DNA from: a bacterium
Lineage (GTDB): Bacteria > Electryoneota > Electryoneia > Electryoneales > Electryoneaceae
Length of the DNA: 64,000 bases
Reading direction: 5' to 3'
Assembly: GCA_043801585.1 (NCBI GenBank)
Contig: JAZDLX010000007.1
Span: 96,108-160,107, forward strand
The translations under genes and the position numbers were made by a program. Position 1 is the stretch's first letter. The number at the start of each line of letters is the position of its first letter. Below the pieces are notes generated by a model, which saw only the letters and a list, made by a program, of their open reading frames with translations, was not told the origin of the DNA and made no database searches. Below are positions 20,710-30,157 of the stretch, piece by piece.

Positions 20710-23700
20710 GATGGATCGTGCGGCTAATGGGAGTTGTGTCGTTTCTTCTCCTCGCTGAACTTCTGTTTCCCGTCGGGGTATTTGCCCAGACTGGACGGGA
20801 ATCGGATTTCCTTTACGCCCGCCGTCTCTACGAGGATGGACTGTACGATCTCGCCGTGGAAGCCCTCGAACGCTACCTTGCGGCCGATCCGGAGAACCCC
20901 CACCAGGTTGAAGCAAACCTGATCATCGGCGACGCCCTCTGGAAGGAGAAGAAACTCGATCTCGCACGGCAGGCGTATCAGCGTGCGGCCATGGCGGACC
21001 CCGATGATCCGCGAGGCGTTGAGGCGTTGACCAAGGTCGCGGACAGCTATCTGGCGGAGAACGACTGGCTGAAAGCCGCGCGAGCCGAGGAGAGGATCGC
21101 CGTTTTCTATCCGAATTCCCCGGCCGCTCCCGCCGCACTGACTCGCACTGCGCGAATCCTGATCGAGCACAACCAGTTCAACCAGGCGGAAGCGCCCATA
21201 CAGCAGGTACTCCGCCAATATCCGGGGTCGTCCCAGCAGCGCGAGGCCCGGCTCCTCTGGGCACGGGTTCTGGCAGACAGGGGGGAGTTGGAACAAGCCG
21301 CCGACGAGGCCGGAGCTGTGGCACGGGCGACGCGTGACGCCGACCTCGCGGTGGAGGCGTTGAGTTTTCAAGGCGAATGGTACTGGCGGCTTGGACGAGA
21401 TCCTGACGCGGAAGCGGCGTGGCGAAGCATTCTCGAGGGGTATCCGCGTGCCGCAAAAAGGGCGGAAGCACTCACCCGGATGGGGCAGCAGCGATTGCGG
21501 ATTGGCGATGCGAAACAGGCGGAACCGCTTCTCCGGGACGCCCTCGGCGGCATCCAGAAAGATTCATTGCTGGAACACGAGGCGCGGCTGACGCTCGCCG
21601 ACGCCCTGTTGCTTGAGGGGAAACCGGTCGAAGCGCTGCTGCATCTGAACCGCCTCGAAGGAACGGTCACGCCGTCAATCTCCTTTCGGAAAGCGCTCGT
21701 CCTCGAGGATGCCGGACGTAATGCGGAAGCCATCAGCCTCTATCGGAACCTGGGACAGGGAACCGATTCACTTGCTGCCGGGGCGCGCTGGAGAGTCGCG
21801 GCGATGCTGGAGAAATCGGGACGTCCCCGCGAAGCGGCGGAAGCATGGCGCTGGGCCGAGCAGGCGCTTCCTTCCGACCTGCAAAAATCGGAGGCGAGGT
21901 ACCGCGCTCTCGCTTTGACGGTGGCTATCGAACCGCTCCGGGCGTTGGAGGTAGCGTCCGTGTTCGCGGATGATTATCCCCGCTCGGCACGTGTCGATGA
22001 TGCTGAATTCATCCGGGCGAAGGCATTGCTTGCCCTTGGGCGGCGCAAGGAGGCGGTGGAGGCGTTTCGCGGGCTTGGAGAAATCTGGCCGGTGAGTCCC
22101 TACCACTACGACGCAACTTCACGGGCGGATTACATCGAGACGATGGTGCTCCCCAAGGGCGATCCATCCTCGAAACTCGCGGGTTTGCTGGCGGAGTTTG
22201 CCGGGGGACGAGATCGCCGGGATCTCTCCCTGAGACTTGCGGAAGTCTACCTCTTTGAGCTGAAGGATTACTCGGCTGCAAAAAAGCAACTGCAAGAGTT
22301 GCTGGCGGATTCGAGTGTGGATCAGGCTCGGCGATTGCAGGCTCGTGAACTGCTCGCCGAATCCCTGTGGCGCAATTTCCAACGGGAAACGCGAGGGGAG
22401 GATGGCACCCTTCTTCCAGATGTCGCCGCCCGTCGTGCCGCGGCGAATCGGACGATAACCGACCTGCAGCAATTGCTCCCGAATCTGAGAAACGAGAATC
22501 TTCGGGCGGAAACATCCTGGCGGTTGATGAATCTCGAAGCGGATTCACGCAGCGGCCTTGACAGCCTCCTCTACGTGCGCAAGATGCTCCAGAACCATCT
22601 TGCAGATTATCCGAATTCTTCCCATGCTGGCGATGCCTATCTCGATCTCGGAAAGGCGTTTTCAAGGGTGGCTAAAGGAATCGACAACCCTGACAAAGGC
22701 GATCCATCCATCTGGTACCTTGAAGCCTTCCGGGACAACTACAGTTCACATCCCCGCTTTGCGGAGGGACTGCTTCTGCTTGCGGACCGGTATGCGAAAG
22801 CAAAACGGTTTGCGCCGGCCGAGCAGACGTATCGAAGCATTCTTCGCCTCGCTCCATCACCGGAACGGGTCGAGGCGGTTCTCGCACTGCTCAATCCGGA
22901 AAAGAGCAAATCGTCCATGGGAATGGGGGAGGAGCTGGAGTGGGTGCGGACTCACGCCTGGTATCACCCCGATGTTCAGTTGGGCCGCCGTCTGCTGGTT
23001 CAGCGTTTGATGGACGATGGCCACTATCACGAAGCTTCCGATGAGCTGGTGGCCTTGGGCGAGTTGAACATGGATTGGGGAGCGGGTCTGGTGATCGAGG
23101 GGGCTCGCAATCAGCAGTTGGCGTGGTACTGGGGTCAGGTGTACGAAGGATTGCATCAACCGGAAAAGGCTCGCGACGAGTATCGCCGCTACCTTTCACG
23201 GAATCCCAGCGGACCGGACGCCGATCAGATACGTCTGAAACTGGCGGAACTGAGGAAGCGTCAGGGCTATCCCGACGCGGCGCTTCGGCTCTACCGCCGT
23301 CTGCTTGCCGATGCGTCCGATTACCGGATGCGGGAGGCGGGGCTTCGTGGGGTGGCAAACATTCTGTTCGACCAGGGGCAGTACGAAGCCGCAATGAGAA
23401 ACGCCGAGGAGATCGTCCAGACAAAAGGTACAGCGAGAGATACCGCCTTCGTTTACGACGAGATGGCTGTCATTTGCCGTTATCGCCAGGGACACCTGGA
23501 TGAAGCGCGCAAGCAGGCCAACGCCTTCCGCAAGAAGTGGTCACGGATGGATGGACTTTACGACGTCTCCGCACGGTTCGAGCTGGAACGCGGAAAGTGG
23601 CTCTCCAAGGACAAGAACTATCCGGAAGCCGAGCGGAACTACAACCGGATCTTGAAGAATTACAACAACAGCAAATGGGTGCCCTACGCGAAGTACGAGC

Positions 23701-24401
23701 TGGGCCGTGATCTCCTTGAACAGAACCGGACCGATGATGGAATGAAACTGCTTGCAGAACTTCCGCCTCGTTATCCCAGGCATCCGATTCTTGGGAGGGT
23801 GTGGTGGATCCTGGGAAATCAATACGCTCAATCCGGAGACATCATGCACGCGGTTCAGACGTACGACAAGGTGCTGACGGATAGTGCCTATGTGGACGTC
23901 TGGCCTTACGTCCTGGTCAATCAGATCCAGGCCTATCAGAACGCCGGATTCTACGCCGGAGCGTTGCAGGCGGCACAACGGTACCTCGAACTGTATCCCG
24001 AGGCTCCCGACGCGTTCGATCGCCAGATGGATGTCGGTGTGATGTATCTGCAGATGGGGCAGTATGACCTGGCGATATCGCAATTCAGGAAAATCCAACC
24101 GCTGGCGGATGTGGAGGATGAAGCCGCCATCCAGTTCTACGTCGGTGAGTCGCTGGAAAAATCCGGACGACTTGCCGAGTCCGTGATTGAATACAAGAAG
24201 GTCGATTACCTCGGAAAACGGACGAAAATGGAGTGGGCGATCACGGCGCTGTACAACGCCGGACGAGTGCTCGAACGGTTGGGTCAGACCGATCAGGCAT
24301 TGAACATGTACCAGGAAATTGTCCGTCGGGAGGGACTGGCAAGCCCCTTTGGACGGAAAGCCCAGGAACAGGTGGATCGTTTGCGTGCGAGCAAAAGGTA
24401 A
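20706..24401 (+). CDS. Large exported tetratricopeptide-repeat protein (~1230 aa)
   Basis: Signal peptide after ATG 20706 (ATGA overlap with pcrA stop); many TPR units with YP.S..A..A turns. Confidence 0.85.
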   Translation: MRWIVRLMGVVSFLLLAELLFPVGVFAQTGRESDFLYARRLYEDGLYDLAVEALERYLAADPENPHQVEANLIIGDALWKEKKLDLARQAYQRAAMADPDDPRGVEALTKVADSYLAENDWLKAARAEERIAVFYPNSPAAPAALTRTARILIEHNQFNQAEAPIQQVLRQYPGSSQQREARLLWARVLADRGELEQAADEAGAVARATRDADLAVEALSFQGEWYWRLGRDPDAEAAWRSILEGYPRAAKRAEALTRMGQQRLRIGDAKQAEPLLRDALGGIQKDSLLEHEARLTLADALLLEGKPVEALLHLNRLEGTVTPSISFRKALVLEDAGRNAEAISLYRNLGQGTDSLAAGARWRVAAMLEKSGRPREAAEAWRWAEQALPSDLQKSEARYRALALTVAIEPLRALEVASVFADDYPRSARVDDAEFIRAKALLALGRRKEAVEAFRGLGEIWPVSPYHYDATSRADYIETMVLPKGDPSSKLAGLLAEFAGGRDRRDLSLRLAEVYLFELKDYSAAKKQLQELLADSSVDQARRLQARELLAESLWRNFQRETRGEDGTLLPDVAARRAAANRTITDLQQLLPNLRNENLRAETSWRLMNLEADSRSGLDSLLYVRKMLQNHLADYPNSSHAGDAYLDLGKAFSRVAKGIDNPDKGDPSIWYLEAFRDNYSSHPRFAEGLLLLADRYAKAKRFAPAEQTYRSILRLAPSPERVEAVLALLNPEKSKSSMGMGEELEWVRTHAWYHPDVQLGRRLLVQRLMDDGHYHEASDELVALGELNMDWGAGLVIEGARNQQLAWYWGQVYEGLHQPEKARDEYRRYLSRNPSGPDADQIRLKLAELRKRQGYPDAALRLYRRLLADASDYRMREAGLRGVANILFDQGQYEAAMRNAEEIVQTKGTARDTAFVYDEMAVICRYRQGHLDEARKQANAFRKKWSRMDGLYDVSARFELERGKWLSKDKNYPEAERNYNRILKNYNNSKWVPYAKYELGRDLLEQNRTDDGMKLLAELPPRYPRHPILGRVWWILGNQYAQSGDIMHAVQTYDKVLTDSAYVDVWPYVLVNQIQAYQNAGFYAGALQAAQRYLELYPEAPDAFDRQMDVGVMYLQMGQYDLAISQFRKIQPLADVEDEAAIQFYVGESLEKSGRLAESVIEYKKVDYLGKRTKMEWAITALYNAGRVLERLGQTDQALNMYQEIVRREGLASPFGRKAQEQVDRLRASKR

Positions 24402-24518
24402 TCACCCCGGAAGAATGAAAAACATCATAGCTGACCTGAAAAATCAGAACTCTTTCGTTTTTCGCGATCATTTTTGATAAGAATGGAAGAACATGAATCG
24501 CCACAGGGAAAACCGCGC

Positions 24519-25427
24519 ATGAGTGAAAAACGCCTGATATCTGTTGTCGGGAAAGCCTGGCTTGAAGCTCAGGTGGACGCAGCTCTGCACGAAGATCTCG
24601 CAAAAGCGGGGGATATCACCAGCGCGGCGACCGTTCCGGAAACGCTTCAGGGTTTCGCCGAGCTGGTTGCGAAGGGCGATGGGATCCTCTGTGGGCTGGA
24701 TTGGGCGATCACCTGTGGTGACCGGACTGACCCGCCTGTCACTTGGGAATTCCTTGTCAGCGATGGAGAATCCGTACATCCGGGTCAGGTACTGGCACGG
24801 ATTTACGGTCCGATGCGCGGGGTCCTGATATCGGAACGCACAGCACTGAACGGTCTTGGCCATTTGTCGGGCATCGCCACGGCTGCGGCAAAGACCATGG
24901 AGCTTGTAAAAGGGACCGACGCACAGGTGATCGACACCCGGAAAACCTTTCCTGGATGGAGGTTGGCGGAAAAATATGCGGTCCGATGCGGAGGTGCGGG
25001 GAACCACAGAATGGGGCTTTATGACGAAATCCTGATCAAGGAAAACCACATCGAGGCTGCGGGTGGGGTGAAAAACGCCGTGCTCGCTGCAAAAACGTGG
25101 CGTGAACAAGATGCGTCACGTTCCAACATCCCCATCGAGGTGGAGGTGCGCGATCTCGATGAATTTCGCGCAGCAGTGGAGACGGAGCCGGATCGTATTC
25201 TTTTGGACAATTTCGCTCTCGATGTCATGCGTGAAGCGGTAAACTTGGCAAAAGGACACGTTACGCTGGAAGCGTCAGGTGGGATTACCATGCGGACGCT
25301 CGCCGAGGTGGCGGCGACTGGAGTAAACCGAATCTCGCTCGGTGCACTGACCCATTCGGTGGTGCCGCTGGATATTTCCCTGCTGGTACGCAACACGACA
25401 AAGGACAAACCCTCAACCGGGACTTAA
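24519..25427 (+). CDS. nadC: Nicotinate-nucleotide diphosphorylase (carboxylating)
   Basis: ED...GDITS, ERTALN, DTRKT.PG, NHRMGLYD, IKENH, IEVEV, LLDN, EASGG; exact start uncertain (24474/24483/24519). Confidence 0.95.
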   Translation: MSEKRLISVVGKAWLEAQVDAALHEDLAKAGDITSAATVPETLQGFAELVAKGDGILCGLDWAITCGDRTDPPVTWEFLVSDGESVHPGQVLARIYGPMRGVLISERTALNGLGHLSGIATAAAKTMELVKGTDAQVIDTRKTFPGWRLAEKYAVRCGGAGNHRMGLYDEILIKENHIEAAGGVKNAVLAAKTWREQDASRSNIPIEVEVRDLDEFRAAVETEPDRILLDNFALDVMREAVNLAKGHVTLEASGGITMRTLAEVAATGVNRISLGALTHSVVPLDISLLVRNTTKDKPSTGT

Positions 25428-25429
25428 TT

Positions 25430-27148
25430 ATGAGTGACTCGAAATCCATCGGTCGATTTACCTTCGTTCTGCATTCCCATTTACCCTACGTCCTCAGCCA
25501 CGGAAACTGGCCCCACGGCATGATCTGGTTGTCGGAGGCGGCGGCGGAGACCTACATCCCATTGTGGCGAGTGTTTAGAAAGCTGCACAAGGAGGGACGC
25601 AAGGTTGCAGTGACGATCGGATTCAGTCCGGTGCTGACGGAGCAGCTTTCTGACCCGGTGTTCGTTGAAGAATTCAAGAGATACCTGAAGCAGAAAAAAG
25701 ACGCAGCATGGAAGGACAAGGAGCAGTTTGCCAGGGAGAAAAAGAAACACCTGGCTAAGCTGGCTGACTTCTGGCACGGTTGGTATGACAAGGTGGAGAA
25801 GGATTTCAACGGTCCCATCTCCCAGAACATCGTCGCGGCCTTCCGCAAACTTCAGGATGACGGCGCCATCGAAATCATCACCTGTGGGGCAACCCATGGC
25901 TACCTCCCGTTGCTTGGAACGGACGAAGCGGTGAACGCTCAAGTCGCCCTCGCCGTTTCCAGCTACGAAAAGCATTTTGGACGCAAGCCGCGAGGTATCT
26001 GGCTCCCCGAATGCGCCTACAGGCCCGGCTATCATTGGGTAAATCCGACTCAGCCGAAGGACAAGGGCTTCGACCGGAGGGGCGTGGAGCAGTTCCTTCA
26101 GAAATACGGATTGCGTTATTTCATTGTCGACAGCCACCTGCTCGAGGGTGGAAAGGCGATGGGCACTTATCTGGCCCGGTTCGAGGGGTTGAAACTACTC
26201 TGGGAGCGTTCCCAAATGTCCATCCGGGAGCACGAAACCGAGGTGGATGAAACGAAGGAGCCCTATCGCATTTACTGGGTCGATGGCACTGTCGGGAAGG
26301 ATGAGCCGGTGGCTGTTCTGACCCGTGATCCGAAAACCAGCCTCCAGGTCTGGTCGGGCGAATGGGGATACCCAGGGGACGGCAGCTATCTGGATTTTCA
26401 CAAGAAGCATTTTCCCGGAGGGCACCGTTACTGGCGTGTGACACAGGCGAAGGCGGATCTCGGCGATAAGGAGGAATACTACGTCGAGAACGTAAGCGAC
26501 CGCCAGGAAGAGAACGCAAACCATTTTGTCCATTTGCTTCATGACGTCCTCAAAAAGGCGAGTGCGGAACCTGCGGATCGCCTCGTGGTGAGTCCATTCG
26601 ATACGGAACTGTTCGGTCACTGGTGGTTTGAAGGCCCCGGCTGGATGGAGCGGGTGCTGCGTCAGGTCGACAGTTCAGAGTACATCGAAGCGGCTCATGG
26701 CGGCGATCTGGTCACAGCAACGGACGAGGCGCCGGTGGTGGCGTTGCCGGAAGGGTCGTGGGGCGAGGGCGGGTTCCATTACGTCTGGTTGAACGAAAAG
26801 ACGGAGTGGTCGTGGCTGTTGATCTACGAATGCGAACGGCAAATGAGCGAACTGGCGCGCAAGTACAAGGGTGCGTCCGGAGAAATCCGTGAAATTCTTC
26901 AGCAGCTTGGACGTGAATTGCTGCTGCTCGAATCGTCCGACTGGCAATTCCTGATCAGCACCATCGCCGCGGCGGATTACGCGGAACTTCGCATTCGAGT
27001 TCACTACAACGATTTTCAGTTTATCCGTTCATATTTGGAGATTGTCGCATCCGGGGAGGAACCCATGTATGAGGACCGTGAACGGTTTGCGGCGATCTGC
27101 CAGCGTGATTCCCTGTTCATGGATCTTGATCCTTCTCTCTGGGCGTAG
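25430..27148 (+). CDS. GH57 1,4-alpha-glucan branching enzyme (DUF1957 C-terminus)
   Basis: VLHSHLPYV, ATHGYLP, GIWLPECAY (nucleophile), PFDTELFGHWWFEG (acid/base), RELLLLESSDWQF. Confidence 0.92.
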   Translation: MSDSKSIGRFTFVLHSHLPYVLSHGNWPHGMIWLSEAAAETYIPLWRVFRKLHKEGRKVAVTIGFSPVLTEQLSDPVFVEEFKRYLKQKKDAAWKDKEQFAREKKKHLAKLADFWHGWYDKVEKDFNGPISQNIVAAFRKLQDDGAIEIITCGATHGYLPLLGTDEAVNAQVALAVSSYEKHFGRKPRGIWLPECAYRPGYHWVNPTQPKDKGFDRRGVEQFLQKYGLRYFIVDSHLLEGGKAMGTYLARFEGLKLLWERSQMSIREHETEVDETKEPYRIYWVDGTVGKDEPVAVLTRDPKTSLQVWSGEWGYPGDGSYLDFHKKHFPGGHRYWRVTQAKADLGDKEEYYVENVSDRQEENANHFVHLLHDVLKKASAEPADRLVVSPFDTELFGHWWFEGPGWMERVLRQVDSSEYIEAAHGGDLVTATDEAPVVALPEGSWGEGGFHYVWLNEKTEWSWLLIYECERQMSELARKYKGASGEIREILQQLGRELLLLESSDWQFLISTIAAADYAELRIRVHYNDFQFIRSYLEIVASGEEPMYEDRERFAAICQRDSLFMDLDPSLWA

Positions 27149-27159
27149 GAGGTGCGTCG

Positions 27160-28185
27160 ATGGCGGAAATGAGGCATGATCCTCTGCACCGGCGTTGGGT
27201 TGTCATTGCGCCGGAACGGGCGCAACGGCCCACGGATTTCAAACCCCACGGCGAGGAGGCGAAGGGGGACGATCCATTTGCCGAGGGCAACGAGGATCTG
27301 ACTCCTCCGGAAATCTTTGCGATCCGTAAACCGGGTTCAAAGAAAAATGGACCCGGCTGGACTGTTCGTGTCGTTCCCAACAAATACCCCGGTTTTCGTG
27401 TGGAGGGCGAGCTTGAGCGGTCAGGCGACGGACTCTACGACCGCATGAACGCCCTGGGAGCTCACGAGGTGATCATCGAGGGACCCCGCCGCGACGAGGA
27501 TATGACCCAGTTTACACCGGAACATCTCTTCGACCTCGGGTTGGTGTGGCGTGAACGGATGACCGACCTGATGCGGGACATCCGGCTTCGCTATGTCCTG
27601 TTGTTCAAAAACCACGGACGCATCGCCGGGACGAGCCTCACGCATCCGCATTCCCAGGTGATTGCTACGACGATCACACCGAGGATGATTTCGCACAAAC
27701 TCGAGGCGGCACGGGATCATTACAACACCCGCGAACGGTGTCTGATCTGCGACATGATTCAGCAGGAGCTGCGCGAGCGCAGCCGGATCGTGACGGTCAA
27801 CGACCGTTTCATCGCGTTCACTCCCTACGCCAGCCGTTTCGATTTTGAGGTCTGGGTGATGCCCCGATACCATCAGCACGATTTCCGGCAGATTGGCGAC
27901 GAGGATCTGAAAATCTTCATGATCACTCTGCAAGAGGTTTTGTTGCGGCTGCGAACGGCGCTGAACGACCCCCCGTGGAATTTCGTGTTGCAAAGCGCGC
28001 CGAACAGCGAGAGCGATATTCCCCGACCGACGCATTGGACCACCCTGAAATATGATTGGCACTGGCACGTTGAGATTACCCCGAGGCTGTCCGTCAGCCA
28101 GGGATTTGAATGGGTGACCGGTTTTTTTATCAACACCACGACACCGGAACAGGCAGCGGAAGTCCTGCGAGCCATCCGGTTGTAA
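27160..28185 (+). CDS. galT: Galactose-1-phosphate uridylyltransferase family protein
   Basis: RHDPL..RWV..APERAQRP, VRVVPNKYP, GAHEVIIE, FKNHG..AGTSL.HPHSQ, HWHVEI.PR. Confidence 0.85.
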   Translation: MAEMRHDPLHRRWVVIAPERAQRPTDFKPHGEEAKGDDPFAEGNEDLTPPEIFAIRKPGSKKNGPGWTVRVVPNKYPGFRVEGELERSGDGLYDRMNALGAHEVIIEGPRRDEDMTQFTPEHLFDLGLVWRERMTDLMRDIRLRYVLLFKNHGRIAGTSLTHPHSQVIATTITPRMISHKLEAARDHYNTRERCLICDMIQQELRERSRIVTVNDRFIAFTPYASRFDFEVWVMPRYHQHDFRQIGDEDLKIFMITLQEVLLRLRTALNDPPWNFVLQSAPNSESDIPRPTHWTTLKYDWHWHVEITPRLSVSQGFEWVTGFFINTTTPEQAAEVLRAIRL

Positions 28186-28203
28186 AACCCTCAGGAGGCG
28201 CTC

Positions 28204-29160
28204 ATGGGAACGTCCCGCCCCGAGGCAAGCATTATTACGACTCACAAGGGTCCGCCAGGGATTATCGATGTCCTGCGGCTTTCACTCGAGGAACAGTCCT
28301 TTCCATTCAAGCACTTCGAATGGGTTGTCGTCGATGACGGGAGCGAGGAGGGAGTGCCGGAGTGGTTTCAAACGTACGAGGGGCCGCTGACGATTGTGCC
28401 GATCCAGAATATCCGGACGCTGGGTCGATCGACTTCCCGCAACCGCGCTGTTCAGGCGGCACGTGGGAAGATCCTCGTTTTCCTCGACAGTGACATGACG
28501 GTCGTTCAGAACTGGCTCGCCTGCCTGGTGGAATCAGTGGAAAAATCGGGAGCCGTGGTCCTCGGTAAAGTGAACCCTCATTACACGCTTCCGAGGACAA
28601 AATTCGTCCAGTACATCCATTCCCGTGGCGCTCAGAAGCTGAAGGATCGGGAACGGTGTCCGGGACGCTATTTCTCGACGAACAATTCCGCGATGCCGGC
28701 GGAGATCCTGCGGCGGTTCAGGGGCTTTGACGAAACCTTTATCGGATGGGGCGGGGAAGACCTCGAGATGGGGCTTCGGCTGGAACGCGGTGGGATCAAA
28801 TTCAGCACCGATTTCCGGGCGAAAGCCTTTCACCGTCATCACCGCGAGTGGCATGTGATCGAAAAACAGTACATGGAATACGGCCGTCATGGCGTGCCGT
28901 ATATCTATGATTTATATGGAGATCATGAAAATATTCTCGGTCTGGACAAATTGCAGTCGCCACTGGAGACGAGAAGTCTCGGTGGGGCGATCAGCCGTCT
29001 GATGGTCAGGATGTTCAATCATCAATGGGCGTATAAAATCGCGCGTTCCTTTGTTGTCCGGTGGCCTGAGGGTCCCTGGCCTGACCGGTTGTTTGACTTC
29101 CTGTTGTTTTATCTCTACTCTCGTGGCCTGGTGGAACGGAAAAAGGGAACGGTTCAGTGA
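28204..29160 (+). CDS. Glycosyltransferase family 2
   Basis: VVDDGS, SRNRA, FLDSD, GFDETF.GWGGEDLE. Confidence 0.88.
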   Translation: MGTSRPEASIITTHKGPPGIIDVLRLSLEEQSFPFKHFEWVVVDDGSEEGVPEWFQTYEGPLTIVPIQNIRTLGRSTSRNRAVQAARGKILVFLDSDMTVVQNWLACLVESVEKSGAVVLGKVNPHYTLPRTKFVQYIHSRGAQKLKDRERCPGRYFSTNNSAMPAEILRRFRGFDETFIGWGGEDLEMGLRLERGGIKFSTDFRAKAFHRHHREWHVIEKQYMEYGRHGVPYIYDLYGDHENILGLDKLQSPLETRSLGGAISRLMVRMFNHQWAYKIARSFVVRWPEGPWPDRLFDFLLFYLYSRGLVERKKGTVQ

Positions 29161-30059
29161 GCTCTTCGGCGACGTTGATCGATGGCAAAGCAGTTTCGGA
29201 CACGATCTTCAAAGAAATTCGAGAAGAAGTTGCCCGCAGGGCACAGCAGGGAAGACGGCCCGGTCTGGCGCTGATTCTCGTGGGCGATGACCCCGGCAGC
29301 CAGACCTACGTTGGAATGAAACACAGGCGGTGCGAGGAAACTGGCATCCTCTCGGTGATTGAACGGTTGCCCGCGGACACTTCGCAGAAAACCCTGCTCG
29401 CCAAGGTTCGCCAATTCAACAGTGATCCGAGATTTCACGGCCTGCTCGTCCAGTCACCCTTGCCGGAGGGATTGGATGATGATGAGGTCGTCAATGAGAT
29501 CGATCCGGAGAAAGACGTTGACGGTTTCCACCCGGTCAATGTCGGCCTGCTCGCCCTGAATCAACCCCGCTTTGTTGCCTGTACGCCTGTGGGAATCCTC
29601 GAGTTGTTGGACCGCTACGGTGTGGATCCTTCAGGCAAACATGCTGTCATCGTAGGCCGCAGTCATATCGTCGGAACGCCGATGGCTCTGCTGTTGATGC
29701 GCAAAGCCAAAGGCGGAAACTCCACAGTCACTGTCTGCCACAGCCGGACGGTGGATCTGGCAAGCTACACACGGCAGGCGGACATCCTGATCGCGGCTAT
29801 CGGGAAACCGGAATTCATCAAGGGGGATATGGTAAAAGAAGGTGCGGTGGTGATCGACGTGGGGATGAACCGAGTGGAGGATGCCACGAAGAAAAAGGGG
29901 TACCGTCTCGTCGGGGATGTGGTGTTCGAAGAGGCGAAAAAACGGGCATCCCTGATCACGCCGGTGCCGGGTGGCGTCGGACCGATGACCGTTGCAATCC
30001 TGTTGCGCAATACCCTCGAAGCAGAGCAGAGGTCATATAAAGCGAACTCCTCTCGCTGA
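29157..30059 (+). CDS. folD: Bifunctional methylenetetrahydrofolate dehydrogenase/cyclohydrolase
   Basis: YVGMK, KDVDGFHP, CTP.G, GRS.IVG.P, VIDVG, TPVPGGVGPMT. Confidence 0.96.
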   Translation: MSSSATLIDGKAVSDTIFKEIREEVARRAQQGRRPGLALILVGDDPGSQTYVGMKHRRCEETGILSVIERLPADTSQKTLLAKVRQFNSDPRFHGLLVQSPLPEGLDDDEVVNEIDPEKDVDGFHPVNVGLLALNQPRFVACTPVGILELLDRYGVDPSGKHAVIVGRSHIVGTPMALLLMRKAKGGNSTVTVCHSRTVDLASYTRQADILIAAIGKPEFIKGDMVKEGAVVIDVGMNRVEDATKKKGYRLVGDVVFEEAKKRASLITPVPGGVGPMTVAILLRNTLEAEQRSYKANSSR

Positions 30060-30157
30060 GAGGAGTTCGCTGTCTCACGTTCACCCTTTGCATGAAGGGG
30101 GTCCGTCGTTCTATTGCGGCATTCGGGATGGAGCAGACGAGTGCTTCCCGTTCCGAA

